Made by a program: the position numbers and the translations under genes. This document shows positions 23,537 to 36,000 of a DNA stretch of 64,000 nucleotides, one piece after another. Numbering within the stretch: the stretch's first letter is position 1; each line of letters begins with the position of its first letter. Under the pieces are notes generated by a model. The model was not told where the DNA came from and did no database searches. It saw nothing but the letters and a program-made list of their open reading frames with translations. The stretch is from Podarcis muralis (Eukaryota), in NCBI RefSeq assembly GCF_964188315.1, contig NC_135662.1:7440001-7504000 (forward strand). The letters run 5' to 3'.

Positions 23537-24904
23537 AAACGACTAAACAACAACAGTTCCTCTTTCCCCATTCTCACCACAGCCCTGTTGCACCACTTCC
23601 TATTCTTTTGCTGTCAGCACTTCATTGTTAAGGGTGAAACAGAAAAGTGTGAAACAGGAAAGCAGACATCACAGAGTCATTCAAGAGAAATGAATGGTGA
23701 TGTTACGATGACTCATGTGGACAATTTGGTTGTGTATTTTTCATTATTGATTGTTTCTGACTACTTTTGTTATATCTGTAATTACATATTTTTCTTCAGG
23801 TGGAACCCAGCATTTAAATGGCATTGTATGTATGTATGTATGTATGTATGTATGTATGTATTTTTAAGAGTTTGGGATGTTAGGCTATGCTCCAGATCCC
23901 TCTAATCCCTGGATCTAGCAAGTGTTAGAAGTTAATCAAGGCAGTGGGCAAATTTTGTGGGCAATGATGTTACCTAGAAGTAAAGCAGCAAGCTGGAGAG
24001 AGAGAGTCAGAGTAATGTTTGAAAGCAATATTTGATTTCAGTTTGAATCCAAGGTTGTGGCTGTGGGAGAAACAAGACCCTTTTGGAGGGCTAATGCTGT
24101 GATCCCCTCGAACATAGGCGCATACTGTATATGTGTATAAGTAAACAATTTATCATAAAGACACCACAGTCTCTGCTCTGCCTCATTCCGAAAGGATACA
24201 CAGACCCTGAGTAAGTTCCCATAACTGCTGGAATTCCACATCGCTCAGAGATTGTTATGGCACGCAACAGCAGCAGCAACAACAATTGTTGTGCAGTTGG
24301 TATTTATGGTAGGTAAACTGCTTTGAATTGGTAGGTTTTCAAATTAATACTTAATTATAATAATTTAATTGTATGTATAAGACTGCTCAAATTCCCTTCC
24401 AATACCTATTTGTTGTTTCACATGCTCCATTATCTTTTTATATTTTATTTGAGGAATATTATTAATTATTTAAAAATAGTGAGAACAGTGTAAAACAAGC
24501 ACCAAAACATACAAGCAGGGCACAACAGCAGTGCCCCCCATCAATCAATCATTTTATTTTTATGCTGTCTTTCCAAAGTTAAGACCATGCTCATGACGGC
24601 TTACAACATTACGTAACTTTAAACATAACAAAAGTAGTAATAAACAATAAAGAAAATATCAAAAAGCACACAGTCAAATTAAACAATTTCCACATAAACC
24701 ATAAGATACAAAATACAGATACAAAATATTAACAGCAACAACCCCCAACAAAATTGTGCCAATCAAGTACTTCCACCCAATGTGTTGTGATGGTTCACAA
24801 CTGTACTGATTTGGATGTTTCTAGAGATGTTGCCCAAATTGGTATGAAGGTTCCTGGAAGCTGCAGTCTTCGAGTATGTTTGGAGACACCATTCGTAACA
24901 GTTT

Positions 24905-25145
24905 TGTTTATTTATGTATTAAATTTACATATTGCCCTTCTTCTGAAGATTACAGGGCAGTTCAGAACGTAAAAATTATAACACAAAATATTTAATAAAA
25001 CAAAAACAAATGAATAACCCCCCTCCATCAAACACATTTAAGGTGAATCAGCTGAAGGCTTGGGTATAGAGGAACATTTCTGCCTGGTGCCTAAACATAT
25101 GAAATAAAGGTGGCAGGCAAGACTTCCTTGAAAGAGCATTCCACC
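24905..25145 (-). mobile_element. Degraded L2 3' end
   Basis: Similar to 17450-17710. Confidence 0.55.
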
Positions 25146-25200
25146 TGATATGGTGGAACAAACCAATACTTTAGCATGACTTCACCCAATTTGGCACAAC

Positions 25201-25983
25201 TGTAAGAAATGAGGTTTTCTGGGGCTAATGTTGCAGTTTTTGTCTACATAAATGTGCCTAAATAAAGACACATTTGACTCAAATTTTAGTTTTGGTTTTT
25301 GGCAGAATTTAGGCTTTTAACTTTATTGATTACAGAAAAGTGAGTGGTTGCATAGGCTCTTGTTCGACTAGCTCCCTACACCCTCGCAGGTAGCGCTGAC
25401 CTAGAGCTCTATCATAGGTCAGCCAAGGGTGAACACCTGAGGCAGGTGAAAAGCCTGGGAACAGACTCTGTTCACTCCCCAGATGCTCCCCTGGACTCAG
25501 GCACGGGCACAACACCCTTTCGGGGGTTGACCAAACCAAGTTGAGTCCCTGGATTCCTTTAACAGAATACCTTTCACATAGGGATGGCGAGACCATTCTC
25601 CCATCCCTATCAAATGAACCAGTGCCTATCCACAACCTTACAAGTTGTGATGAATTGCTACGTGGCAGGTGAAACCCAAATGGCTACAGCCAATCAGCCA
25701 AGTGGGGAAAATTCCTGCCGTGCCCCTGTCCCAACGACAGACGATACACGACAGCATAGCAAGGTCAATCACAAAATGCCCTAAAATTAGGGAGAGGTGT
25801 GCGGGTGTTCTGATGCATGAGCCGAAAGAGGAAGCTCTGGGATGCGTGCATGAGTCTCTCAATCCGTTTGGACTGCACCCCATTGGCCAGATTAAACCCA
25901 GCAACTAGGGACCTACCAATTGCGTGTTGTAGCTATCCAATAGACCCACCCACAACCAGGAGGTCAGTCTCCAGGTCTCACCA
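25201..25983 (-). mobile_element. Putative solo LTR
   Basis: GC-richer non-paralogous island with TG..CA ends and a candidate 4-bp TSD CAAC (25197-25200 and 25984-25987). Minus-strand AATAAA at 25322-25327, about 120 nt from a ..CTTACA end. Confidence 0.4.
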
Positions 25984-26133
25984 CAACATGTGCCCTCTTT
26001 TAGGGAGGACATGATTTGTGTGTACGTAGCCCAATAATTCACAGATTGTACTATCCATTAAATAATCACAATTTGTTTTGGTTTCTTTGACTTCCTGAGC
26101 AGAAAAGTAAAGCATTCTGATTCTTTTGAAGCA

Positions 26134-27123
26134 TTATATCTGGGGACTGACTCGGAGTTCTAGCTCCTCTCTTCCATGTTCCTCCTCCTTGAAAAGCCTC
26201 CACAACGCAACCTTCATGCTCTCCCTTGAGCGACTCTGTTTCTTTCTTCCAACCAGGAAATAAATCAGTGGGTTAACACTGCTGTTTAGACAGCTGCATA
26301 AGTGTCCAACAATTAGTGAAGGTGATGAGATATCAAACCCGAGAAACAGAAGTAAAATCATGAAAGTTAATGTAAAAGTGAAAAAGAGGAAGAAGAGGAG
26401 AGCAAGAAGGATGGCTCTTAAGACCCTTCCCTTCTTCCTTCGTTGTGATCTGAAGCAAACTTTTATAAGCAGGATCACTGTGGAGATAATCATGAGTGGA
26501 AAGCAAAGCACAGGAGGAACCAGGAAGAGGAAGAAAAATAGTTTCTCAGAAAGGTACTCCAAAGAAGCATAAATGCATAATCCAATGGATAGGAAAGTAA
26601 GGATCCATATGAGAGCACAAACAATGGTAGACAAGTGCTGTGGCCGGTGACATCGATGCCAAATTGGAAAGAGGACAGAAACACACCTGTCAACGCTGAT
26701 GGCTGTCAACAGAAATTGACCAGTGATGCACATGTAGAAAAAAAAGAAAGTACCGATGCCAAAAAATATTAACGAGGTGATATTTGACAATGAGGGTAAA
26801 AATACAGACAGAGGTAGCAATATTAGCAAAGCAATGAGAACCCCGAGGTCAGCAACAGCCAGGTGCAATATGAAGGTGGTGAAAGGATTCCTTTTCATGC
26901 GAAAGCCAAGAAACCAGATGACAGTTCCATTCCCAGTAAGTCCAAAAATGCTAATAACAAAAATAAAGACGGCAATAATAATCAATGCCGTTTCTTGAGC
27001 CTTTAATTCAATATAGGGATTATTATTTTGGGGGAGCTCGGTGCCATTGTTTGTTCGGTTTGCATTCTCTACAGTATCCAAAAGGGACAGGGATTCCATG
27101 CTATTGTTTCTCATCATGCTCAA
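26134..27123 (-). CDS. MAS/MRGPR-like GPCR 3, 329 aa, intact
   Basis: Full 7TM with GNG, KRNPFTTF, LAVAD, ISVDRC, FPLM and NSSVNPLIYF. N-glycosylation sequons in the N-terminus; 5' UTR acceptor at 27159-27160. Confidence 0.95.
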   Translation of the reverse strand: MSMMRNNSMESLSLLDTVENANRTNNGTELPQNNNPYIELKAQETALIIIAVFIFVISIFGLTGNGTVIWFLGFRMKRNPFTTFILHLAVADLGVLIALLILLPLSVFLPSLSNITSLIFFGIGTFFFFYMCITGQFLLTAISVDRCVSVLFPIWHRCHRPQHLSTIVCALIWILTFLSIGLCIYASLEYLSEKLFFFLFLVPPVLCFPLMIISTVILLIKVCFRSQRRKKGRVLRAILLALLFFLFFTFTLTFMILLLFLGFDISSPSLIVGHLCSCLNSSVNPLIYFLVGRKKQSRSRESMKVALWRLFKEEEHGREELELRVSPQI

Positions 27124-28455
27124 TCTATGCTTTTCAGCTATCTCTTGAAAGGCTTCTCCTAGGAAAAAGAAACAAAGATTGAGTCAGTTCTGTCTATAAA
27201 GCTGAACCTTATTACACTGGTGCATGCCTAGATTGCAAAATACCATGGGATAGCAAAACAATGTGATATGGGGTGCAAAATTAATCCTCCTTACAGGTTT
27301 AGTTTTTATTTTATAAAAATAGAAGAGTCCTTATGGGTACTAGAAATTGCTTGAAAGTTTACAGGCAATCCCTTTTGAAATCTAGAAGATTTATTCAATA
27401 CATTTTCTAGTGATTAGAAGACTTGACTACCAAGCCATATATAAGCTTTTTGTCCTATCATGAGGTGGACTCTGTTCAGGCGTTCTTAAAACTCTGCTTG
27501 CATAGGAAGGGGAAATAGTTAATGGCAAAGCTCATCTCAGTATATATATTTTTTAAAACAACAACAACACAGAGAAGGACAAGAAACCACCATCAAAGTT
27601 TTTGGTAAAGTTTTATGCCAGACTCTCTAACAACCATATATATGCAAGGTTTCTATATATCTATATTCACTCAATGGGATTTGAACTAGTAATGAATGAC
27701 CAAGAAAGAGATATTGTGGATGTGGTGGGTAGCTTGATGAAAATGCTGGCCCACTGTGCAGCAGCAATTCAAAATGAAACTTTCAATAAAATGATGCAGT
27801 TATAAAAATCTATGGTGATTCTACACTTGGCATACTGTGGTAAAAATCCTAGTCATTTCAGAAAGGATAGCATAGAATGAATGGCTTCATCAAGTTCTCA
27901 GATGTTCATTTATTTTTCTCTTTTAGAAAATCACTGTCCATCTAGATATAACAAGAGGTAACTATGGAAAGGGACTATGGAAGGTATGGATCTTACCTTC
28001 CCTCTGCAATTTCAATGTAGGTTCATGCTTTAAAGCTCAATTTCCACACTTTAAAGCTATGACATGGAGCTTATCAGTTTCAAAGATTTAGGGGGAAATG
28101 CAGTACGGGAAGGGGTTATAGATTTTTCCTCCCAGTAAAAGAATCTGCAGGCACAGCATCAGTAAGCTAAACTAAATTTCCCCTCTTCTGCTCTCGGAGT
28201 CAGTCTTAACATCTGAAACTTACGTATTTTGTCCTAAACACTGGGAGTGGAGTGGTGGGATAGGCTCCGTGCTTCAGATCTGGAGTGGAGAAGAGGAACA
28301 GGAGAAGGAGTTGAATGGCTCTGGAGATCAGGAAAACAAAAGCCATTATGATTATTCGTACCCAGCCCATCTGACTGCATTCCCCAGCCACAGTTGACAG
28401 CTTTCAACATAAATAAAAACATAACGAAACAATGATTTGGGAACGCATATGTAAG

Positions 28456-28528
<73 letters not shown>

Positions 28529-29633
28529 AATGTGATATTTAACAAAAGCAGATTAAATAAATCTCAACTGAAATCCACTCTCCTGGTCTCCCAATGGCCA
28601 AACAGATGCTTAAGGGAAGCCTACAAACAGCTTCGGAACACAACAGTCATCTCCACTCCTCTGGTTTTCTGCTGGCCCATCAGCTCTTTAATTTCACAAC
28701 CCACTTCAGGCAACTCTGAAGAGCAACCTGTTGTTGTTGTTTTACAAGTCATTGGGGACACTTCTGTTCAATCCCAAATACATTGACATATCCCTGAAAA
28801 TTCCTCAGATGAAAATAGGGTCATTTTAAACTCCTCTCCTATTCATCCCCCTCAATCCTGATTCTTTGCCTCTTACATAGCATTTCCTATCATAAGAAGG
28901 AAAATTGCCACCACCAGTAAACTGTTGTATCCCTACTGTAGAGCACTTGTGAGGCAGATTATTAGTTTGTCCAGCCCAGTATTCCCTTCTCCAGGAATTC
29001 AACCTGGGCTTTTCTACCTGAACTGCATGCACACTTCTGCCTTTGGTTCTTCTCCCACTTTTGCAAATGAACTATGTCAACTTGAGACATTTACATACCT
29101 GTGAGCAACTGTTGATTAGCCGTCTAAAGACAAGGTGAGTTGGAGACAGCAAGCAGCACAAAATCATGTGCTGGAATGAAGAAGTAGTCAGAAGATTGGC
29201 AGAATTGACTACAGACCCAAGGAGGAGAAAATAGATGTATCACCAAGCTCTCCGCAAGATGTTTAGGGCTCCACCCATTACTCTTCATCTGTTCTTAAGC
29301 AATTTGCCAACATCCTGTGGCAAGAAGAATTTTGTTCATTGGTTGTCAAGAGAGCTGATTACACAGGAGGTTCTTGCCTCCAAAGTCTTGATGTCATAGA
29401 ATAGCATTCTTGAGATAAGTGAGAAAATAAATTGCAGGGAGGAACTGGGTGAGGGTCAAAACTACAGTGCTTGAGAGGAATGGTTGGATGAGATGGCACA
29501 CACACACACATGTATGTAAAGAGGTATGTACAGTAAATAACATGGCATGTCCTGGCTAGGTCATTTTCCTTGTTCAAATTGAGGGTTCATCCACCAGTCC
29601 CATTCCAAAAAGACACAGTTTCAAGCCTTCTGC

Positions 29634-31072
29634 TCTGGATCCATTCCAGTCCGGCTTCCGCGCTGGGCATGGGACCGAGACGGCTCTGGTCGCCCTAACA
29701 GATGACCTCCGCAGGCAGCTGGATCGAGGCGGGTCGGGGCTGCTGATTCTTCTTGATCTGTCAGCAGCCTTTGACATGGTCGATCATGAACTTCTGGACG
29801 TGGGGATCCAGGGCACAGTCCTTCAATGGCTGCGCTCGTTTCTCTCTGGTCGGGGACAGAGGGTGGCGCTTGGGGGGGAATTGTCATCGCGTCACTCCTT
29901 GGTGTGTGGAGTGCCTCAGGGTGCGATTCTCTCCCCAATGCTTTTTAACATCTTTATGCGCCCCCTCGCCCAGCTTGTCCGGAGTTTTGGGCTGGGTTGC
30001 CATCAGTATGCTGATGACACCCAACTCTATCTGTTGATGGATGGCCATCCTGACTCGGCCCCAGACACACTGACCAGATGTCTGGAAGCTGTGGCTGGAT
30101 GGTTGGATGGTTACGTGGGAGCCGGTTGAAGTTAAATCCTTCGAAGACAGAGGTCCTCTGGCTGGGGCGGGACGATATGGGATCGAGGGGGCAACTCCCA
30201 TCTCTTGCGGGGGTGCAATTAGTGCCAGCACCGTCCGTTAAGAGTTTGGGTGTAATCTTCGATACCTCCCTCTCTATGGAGGCGCAGATTACAGCTATAA
30301 CAAAGGCGGCATTTTTTCATCTCCGCCAAGCTAAGCAGTTGGCCCCTTATCTCTCTCGCCCTGATCTAGCCACTGTGATCCATGCGACGGTCACCTCCAG
30401 ACTGGATTATTGTAACTCGCTCTACGTGGGGCTGCCCTTGAAACTGACCCAGAAACTCCAGCGGGTGCAGAATGCCGCGGCGAGACTCCTTATGGGGTCT
30501 TCGCTGCGAGATCACATTCATCCGGTACTATACCAGCTGCACTGGCTCCCGGTGGAGTACAGGGTCAGGTTTAAGGTGCTGGTTTTAACCTTTAAAGCCC
30601 TATACGGCCTAGGACCCTCGTACCTACGGGACCGCCTCTCCTGGTATGCCCCACAGAGAAACCTACGGTCTGCAAATAACAACACCCTCAAGGTCCCAGG
30701 CCTCAGAGAGGTTAGGCTGGCCTCAACTAGAGCCAGGGCCTTCTCGGCTGCGGCTCCAATCTGGTGGAATGCTCTGTCACAAGAGACTAGGGCCCTGCGG
30801 GACCTGACATCTTTCCGCAGGGCCTGCAAGACAGAGTTGTTCCACCAGGCCTTTGGTCAGGGCGCAGCCTGACTCCCTCCTCTGGCAACCTGCACAGAAT
30901 TTTGCCTAATCGGTTGCCAAAAATTTGATTTTAATTAATTTTATAATGAAATGTTTTTAGAATGTTTTTAGAATTTGACTGTTTGACTATTTGACTGTTG
31001 TTAGCCGCCCTGAGCCTGGCTTCGGCTGGGGAGGGCGGGATATAAATAAAATTTATTATTTATTATTATTAT
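29634..31072 (+). mobile_element. 5'-truncated L2 with RT domain, frameshifted
   Basis: GVPQGAILSPMLFNIFM, HQYADDTQLY, LKLNPSKTE, SRLDYCNSL and a (TTA)n tail. The paralogous site at about 41490-41520 is empty. Confidence 0.95.
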
Positions 31073-31311
31073 TCTCCAGGGACCTTCCAGGCACCGGTCC
31101 AAGTGATCTTGCCTTTGCTGTGCAGCTTTCCCATGAAAAACACACTCGTTCCCTCTGAATTGGAATGAACAGCAATCTGCAGAAAACCCAATGGTCATTT
31201 GTTTCGACTCAGCAGTACACAGAGGGTTTTCCTGGACGGGAAATGGAAGGCTAAATGAGGTGTGGAGGAGCCCTGAGAACCTGTTTTTATATGCCTCGTG
31301 AGATGTTAGAG

Positions 31312-31446
31312 CAGTGGTGGCCAAACTTGGTCCTCCAGCTGTTTTGGGACTAAAATCCCCATCATTCCTGACCACTGGTTCTATTAGCTAGGGATGATGG
31401 GAGTTGTCGTCCCAAAACAGCTGGAGGACCAAGTTTGGCCACCCTG
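31312..31446. mobile_element. hAT-type MITE, same family as 7032-7167
   Basis: TIRs of about 35 bp; TSD TGTTAGAG/TGTTAGAT (7 of 8 match). Confidence 0.85.
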
Positions 31447-32089
31447 TGTTAGATGGTCAGCCATAGACATTAATGGAGACATCTGAAAGTTTGAATTGGG
31501 CAGATATGGGCATTATTATGGCCATTATTGATTTTCACAACAGATATATCAAATAAATAGTTGGGGGGAAAGACACAAATGGAGAGGGGACCCTCCAATT
31601 AATCCAATGCTCATTGAGCTCAATGGGATTTTGCAAAGTGACAGAGAAGAAACAGGGAACTGATTACTTGAAATACTCACCTATTGTTCCTGCCCAAACC
31701 CTGGACATTTGCCTCTATGTTCCAAGTATACATTTTGTGTTTCTTTGGATTTCAAGCATGGGAAAATTGCATCTAAGTTCGTTTGGCCACTAGTTCCTCT
31801 TTTGTCTTCTTGCTGCAACCTAGTTGCAAAACTAACCACCATTTCCCATTCTGATACAATCAGAACTTAGCTGTTAAGTGTGAAACAGAAATCTGATAAC
31901 AGATGTCAGGGTCATGCCAGGACACCAAGAAGAATCTCAGTTGTGAATCTAAAGACTTCCTTTGATTTCTTGGTTCTCAGTTTCGTACCTATGATTTTCC
32001 AGCTTGGCACTTATGGTGGAGTAACTCAAAGGATAACAAAAATGAGGCAATATATTGGGAAAACAACAGCAGCAGTGTTAAAAAGTGTA

Positions 32090-32970
32090 TGTAACTTTTG
32101 CGTGCACAGGCAGAGTCCCCCCAACCCCAGGTGACCCCTGAGCAGAATAATGACTCAAGACAACATGCTATGGGATTACAATTGGCCACAACTTTATTAA
32201 ATTTCAGGTGTAGGGAGACCTTGGCTCAGGCATTGGCCGTTTATCCTTCCCAGTCCGCAGCCGGGGATCTGGAAGACATCAGGGTTATCCAGAATGTGTG
32301 GGGATTGTGCTGGCTCTGAAGAACATGCGTTCAAGCAGAGAGCCCACCACCTGTTTCGCTGCCGTTGGAGGGAACAGCAATGACAACCTCTCGGCGTATG
32401 GCCAATGCCTCCCCTCAAGACCCCTTTAACAGGAAACCCTGGGATCACCGCCGCAAGGGGGGCGTGGGTCACCACTTCACACACACACACCATTTAGGAA
32501 GATAGACTAAAGGATCCCGCCCAAGGCCTGAAACTGCCAAAGTTTTGACATTTCGCTACTGGAAAGGCAAAACCTGCCAATGCTGGAAAATTCCTTTCCG
32601 GCCCTTCAACAGCGACCAAGACGTAGCAGCGCCTGCGTACCTGTGGAGAAGAGGTTAACCTGCAAAAGAAGACTTAACTGAGGGAGGGCAGGGTGGGAGA
32701 AGCTCTGGAATCAACTGACACTTTGCAGGTAGGATTCACCTTCTGTTGTGTGGGCAGGGTGGTCCCTCCCCTTACCTGGCTGAATCCCTTGTAACGCCTC
32801 CCCGGGCGGGATTGGGCAATTGGCTGAGGTAGGCGGAGACCTCCAGATATCCAGCCTGGGGAGGATGAAGCCAGCCCAAACTACCAAGGTCCGCACTGGG
32901 ATCCGGGGGGGGGGGGGGGTCTGTGTGCGACCACGCAAAAGGCACCCCCAGTTGATGTGGGGAGCGGTCA
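32090..32970 (-). mobile_element. LTR-like or tyrosine-recombinase (DIRS/Ngaro-like) terminal-repeat remnant
   Basis: GC-rich non-coding island with minus-strand AATAAAGTTGTGGCC..gtcttgagtcattatt near a ..TTACA end. No TSD was found. Confidence 0.35.
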
Positions 32971-33714
32971 TTGTTCTTATTGGTCCAATTTAAATTCTCT
33001 TTTTCATCACTTTTTATAAAAAATGAAAATCACAGACTGTGCAGCTATAATAAGAAGTGGTTCTGGAGAGGGACTATAGTTTGGGGATTATAATACATAT
33101 GTTACATGCAGAGGTGCCAAAATTTAAGCTGTGGCGACTCTAGTTCAAGGGACCAAGGGAGGGGAAATCCTGGAGATCCTAGAGGATCATTGAGAATGCT
33201 CCCCCCCCCCCTTTACAGCAGACAGTGCTGACCAAGGGGATCAGAAAGTCTGACTTGGAATTACACATCTTGGTCTGTTCCTAAATCCACATATTAAATA
33301 CACAGACAAACAATCCAGTCAGCTACTGACATATGGAAAAAAAATACATTATTTTAACCTACAGTTTATTATACCCCAATTTGCTCTCTTCCATGCTCTC
33401 TAATCACAGAATGCATATAATGAAGAATAACAACAGGACCATTTATGTCACAAAGAAACTGGTTTTGCTTCAAGAGTAGTGCTCCTGCACGTTCACCTCT
33501 GCCACCCAATTATGCCCCCCCTCTTGATCTTGCAAATGAACTTCACCAACTTGAAACATTCGCATACCTGTGTCAGTCAGTTTTATTGCACATAGCCAAA
33601 GGCTGCCGCAATGTACACAGAATCATTCAACAATTAAAAGGAAATATGCTGGATTAATTCAAAAAACTTAAAACATTATATTATCAAGACATTACCTACT
33701 CTAAACAGAGCTAT

Positions 33715-34013
33715 AGGTAAAGGTAAAGGTAAAGGGACCCCTGACCACTAGGTCCGGTCGTGGCAGACTCTGGGGTTGCAGCGCTCATCTCGCTTTATTG
33801 GCCAAGGGAGCCGGCATACAGCATGACTAAGCCACTTCTGGCGAACCAGGGCAGTGCACAGAAACGCCGCTTACCTTCCTGCCGGAGCAGTACCAATTTA
33901 TCTACTTGCACTTTGACGTGCTTTCGAACTGCTAGGTTAGCAGGAGCAGGGACTGAGCAATGGCAGCTCACCCCGTTGTGGGGATTCAAACCACCGACCT
34001 TCTGATCGGCAAG
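33715..34013 (-). mobile_element. Sauria SINE, 5'-truncated, internal deletion
   Basis: (ACCTTT)n tail, and the body matches 18615-18968. Confidence 0.85.
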
Positions 34014-34496
34014 TACACAATAAATGATATGCATACAAGGTTGTATCAAACACAAGACACATCATAATAAGAAAATGATTAATAAAACAAGCTCTTCATA
34101 AAGGCCAACTCTTCAGCTGGCCTTTATGACTTGTTTTCTTCTCACGATGTGCCTTATGTTTGATATCTATTTGTTTGACTATAGCAGCAGGATCAGTGGG
34201 ATGTGGAGAAAAGGTGGCTGGGCTTATGGACAAATACCTTCACACTCTCTCTGTCTATCTTTCACAGGGGGAAGGGTGAACTGCTCAGCTCTGAATTGGC
34301 TTGGCTGTCCAATCAATCCAACACTCAGATGTCAGAATCATTCCCTTTCCTCACCTTTCAGATTTTCTGACATCAACCCTCAATTCTATTCACAATCCTT
34401 GGGTTCACAATTCATTCTCAATCCTTGGGTTCAATCCTTCTGCATCAGTCCAACAGCAAGTTAATTCCTCTCTTTTGAATAATCAGATTTACGGTA

Positions 34497-34573
<77 letters not shown>

Positions 34574-35134
34574 GGAGCTGGGTTGCAAAACGGTAATCTT
34601 TCTCTGTCACCCATCAGGGCTTTGTGCCATTCTGATGATGAGTGTTACTTGCTCAAGCTGGTTTTTGGTTAGCTTTTTATGTGAGCAGCTTGCTGCCTCT
34701 CAATTGCATTAGAGCCTTTGCACATTGTGGTGGGTCACTTAGGTTGTGCCAGTGAAAAGCTAAGCAGCTTAAGAGGACCCCGGTCATCTTCTCCCCTGCT
34801 CAGAGTTGATTCTTTGCTCTGCAATGCAGACTGGACTGCATTGTTTCACCTGACTGCTTTATTCTCATGCCCCATCCCAATCTTTCTCAATAGAATGATG
34901 TGTCAAGGTGAGTCTTTATCCATGGCGATTTCGGTTCTTCACCATGCAAAGGAGTCCAGCGTAATCATCAAGATATAGGCTTGATGGCTAGCATTGAGTG
35001 GAAAGTGCATTGTGGCATGATATGGAACCATTTCCCCTGTATGCTCTGGTGTTTTTTTCAAAAACTTTATTGGAAAGATTGATATCATGAACCACATCTG
35101 CTAATTGTCACATTGCCCTATAAAGGTTTAGATG

Positions 35135-35385
35135 ATGATGAAGAAGAAGAGTTTGGATTTGATATCCCGTCTTTCACTCCCTTTAAGGAGTCTCAAAGCG
35201 GCTAACATTCTCCTTTCCCTTCCTCCCCCACAACAAACACTCTGTGGGGTGAGTGGGGCTGAGAGACTTCACAGAAGTGTGACTGGCCCAAGGTCACCCA
35301 GCAGCTGCATGTGGAGGAGCGGAGACTCGAACCTGGTTTCCCAGATTATGAGACTACCGCTCTTAACCACTACACCACACTGGCT
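35135..35385 (-). mobile_element. tRNA-derived CORE SINE (Squam3-like)
   Basis: A box TGGTGTAGTGG, B box GGTTCGAGTC and the gggtgaccttgggccagtcac core. Absent at the paralogous sites near 44520, 49790 and 58585. Confidence 0.8.
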
Positions 35386-35466
35386 CTCAATGGCAGATGG
35401 CAGAATTCTTTTTATTTCTATATGCACATAGTTATAATTTCTACATCACTACATCCATATAATAAG

Positions 35467-35592
35467 CAGGGATTTTTTTCAGCCAGAACTCACCAGAATT
35501 CATTTCTCGCATCTCTCAGGTGGGTGCCATAAGAGAACAAGGGAGCCCTTTATGGCGAGTTTCTGCAGCTCTTTTTCTAGAAAAATAGCAGA
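35467..35592. mobile_element. MITE-like element shared by the 3' flanks of GPCRs 4-7
   Basis: Paralogous copies at about 44572-44707, 49833-49968 and 58658-58795; a dispersed copy lies at 9144. Confidence 0.55.
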
Positions 35593-36000
35593 GCCAATAA
35601 GGATTGTACTGGTGGAATGTTCCATAATGCACTTTTTAAAAAAATCTGGGGGAAATATTTTCTTCTGTTTTCTTCAAACATTCGAGCTCTATATGTGAAG
35701 ATTTCTTTACTTTATTCCCTTGGGCAATGAATCTGTTTTCTATACCATTTAGCAAGTCATCCCACTCAATTCACACTGTTAAAGAGGCATTTCTTTTTAT
35801 TTCATTTTCTAAAACATACAAAATATTAATCCTGCCAAATGAGCAATCCATGGGGCTTTTAACGATACTCCTGAAACAAGGACAAAAATTAACAGAGTAA
35901 ATAAATCCAAAATCATAAAATAGTGAGTACAGAGGAAAACAAGTACCAAGAAATACACCAAGAGATAGAATATGACACTTTCTGAGCTATTTTGAACTCT

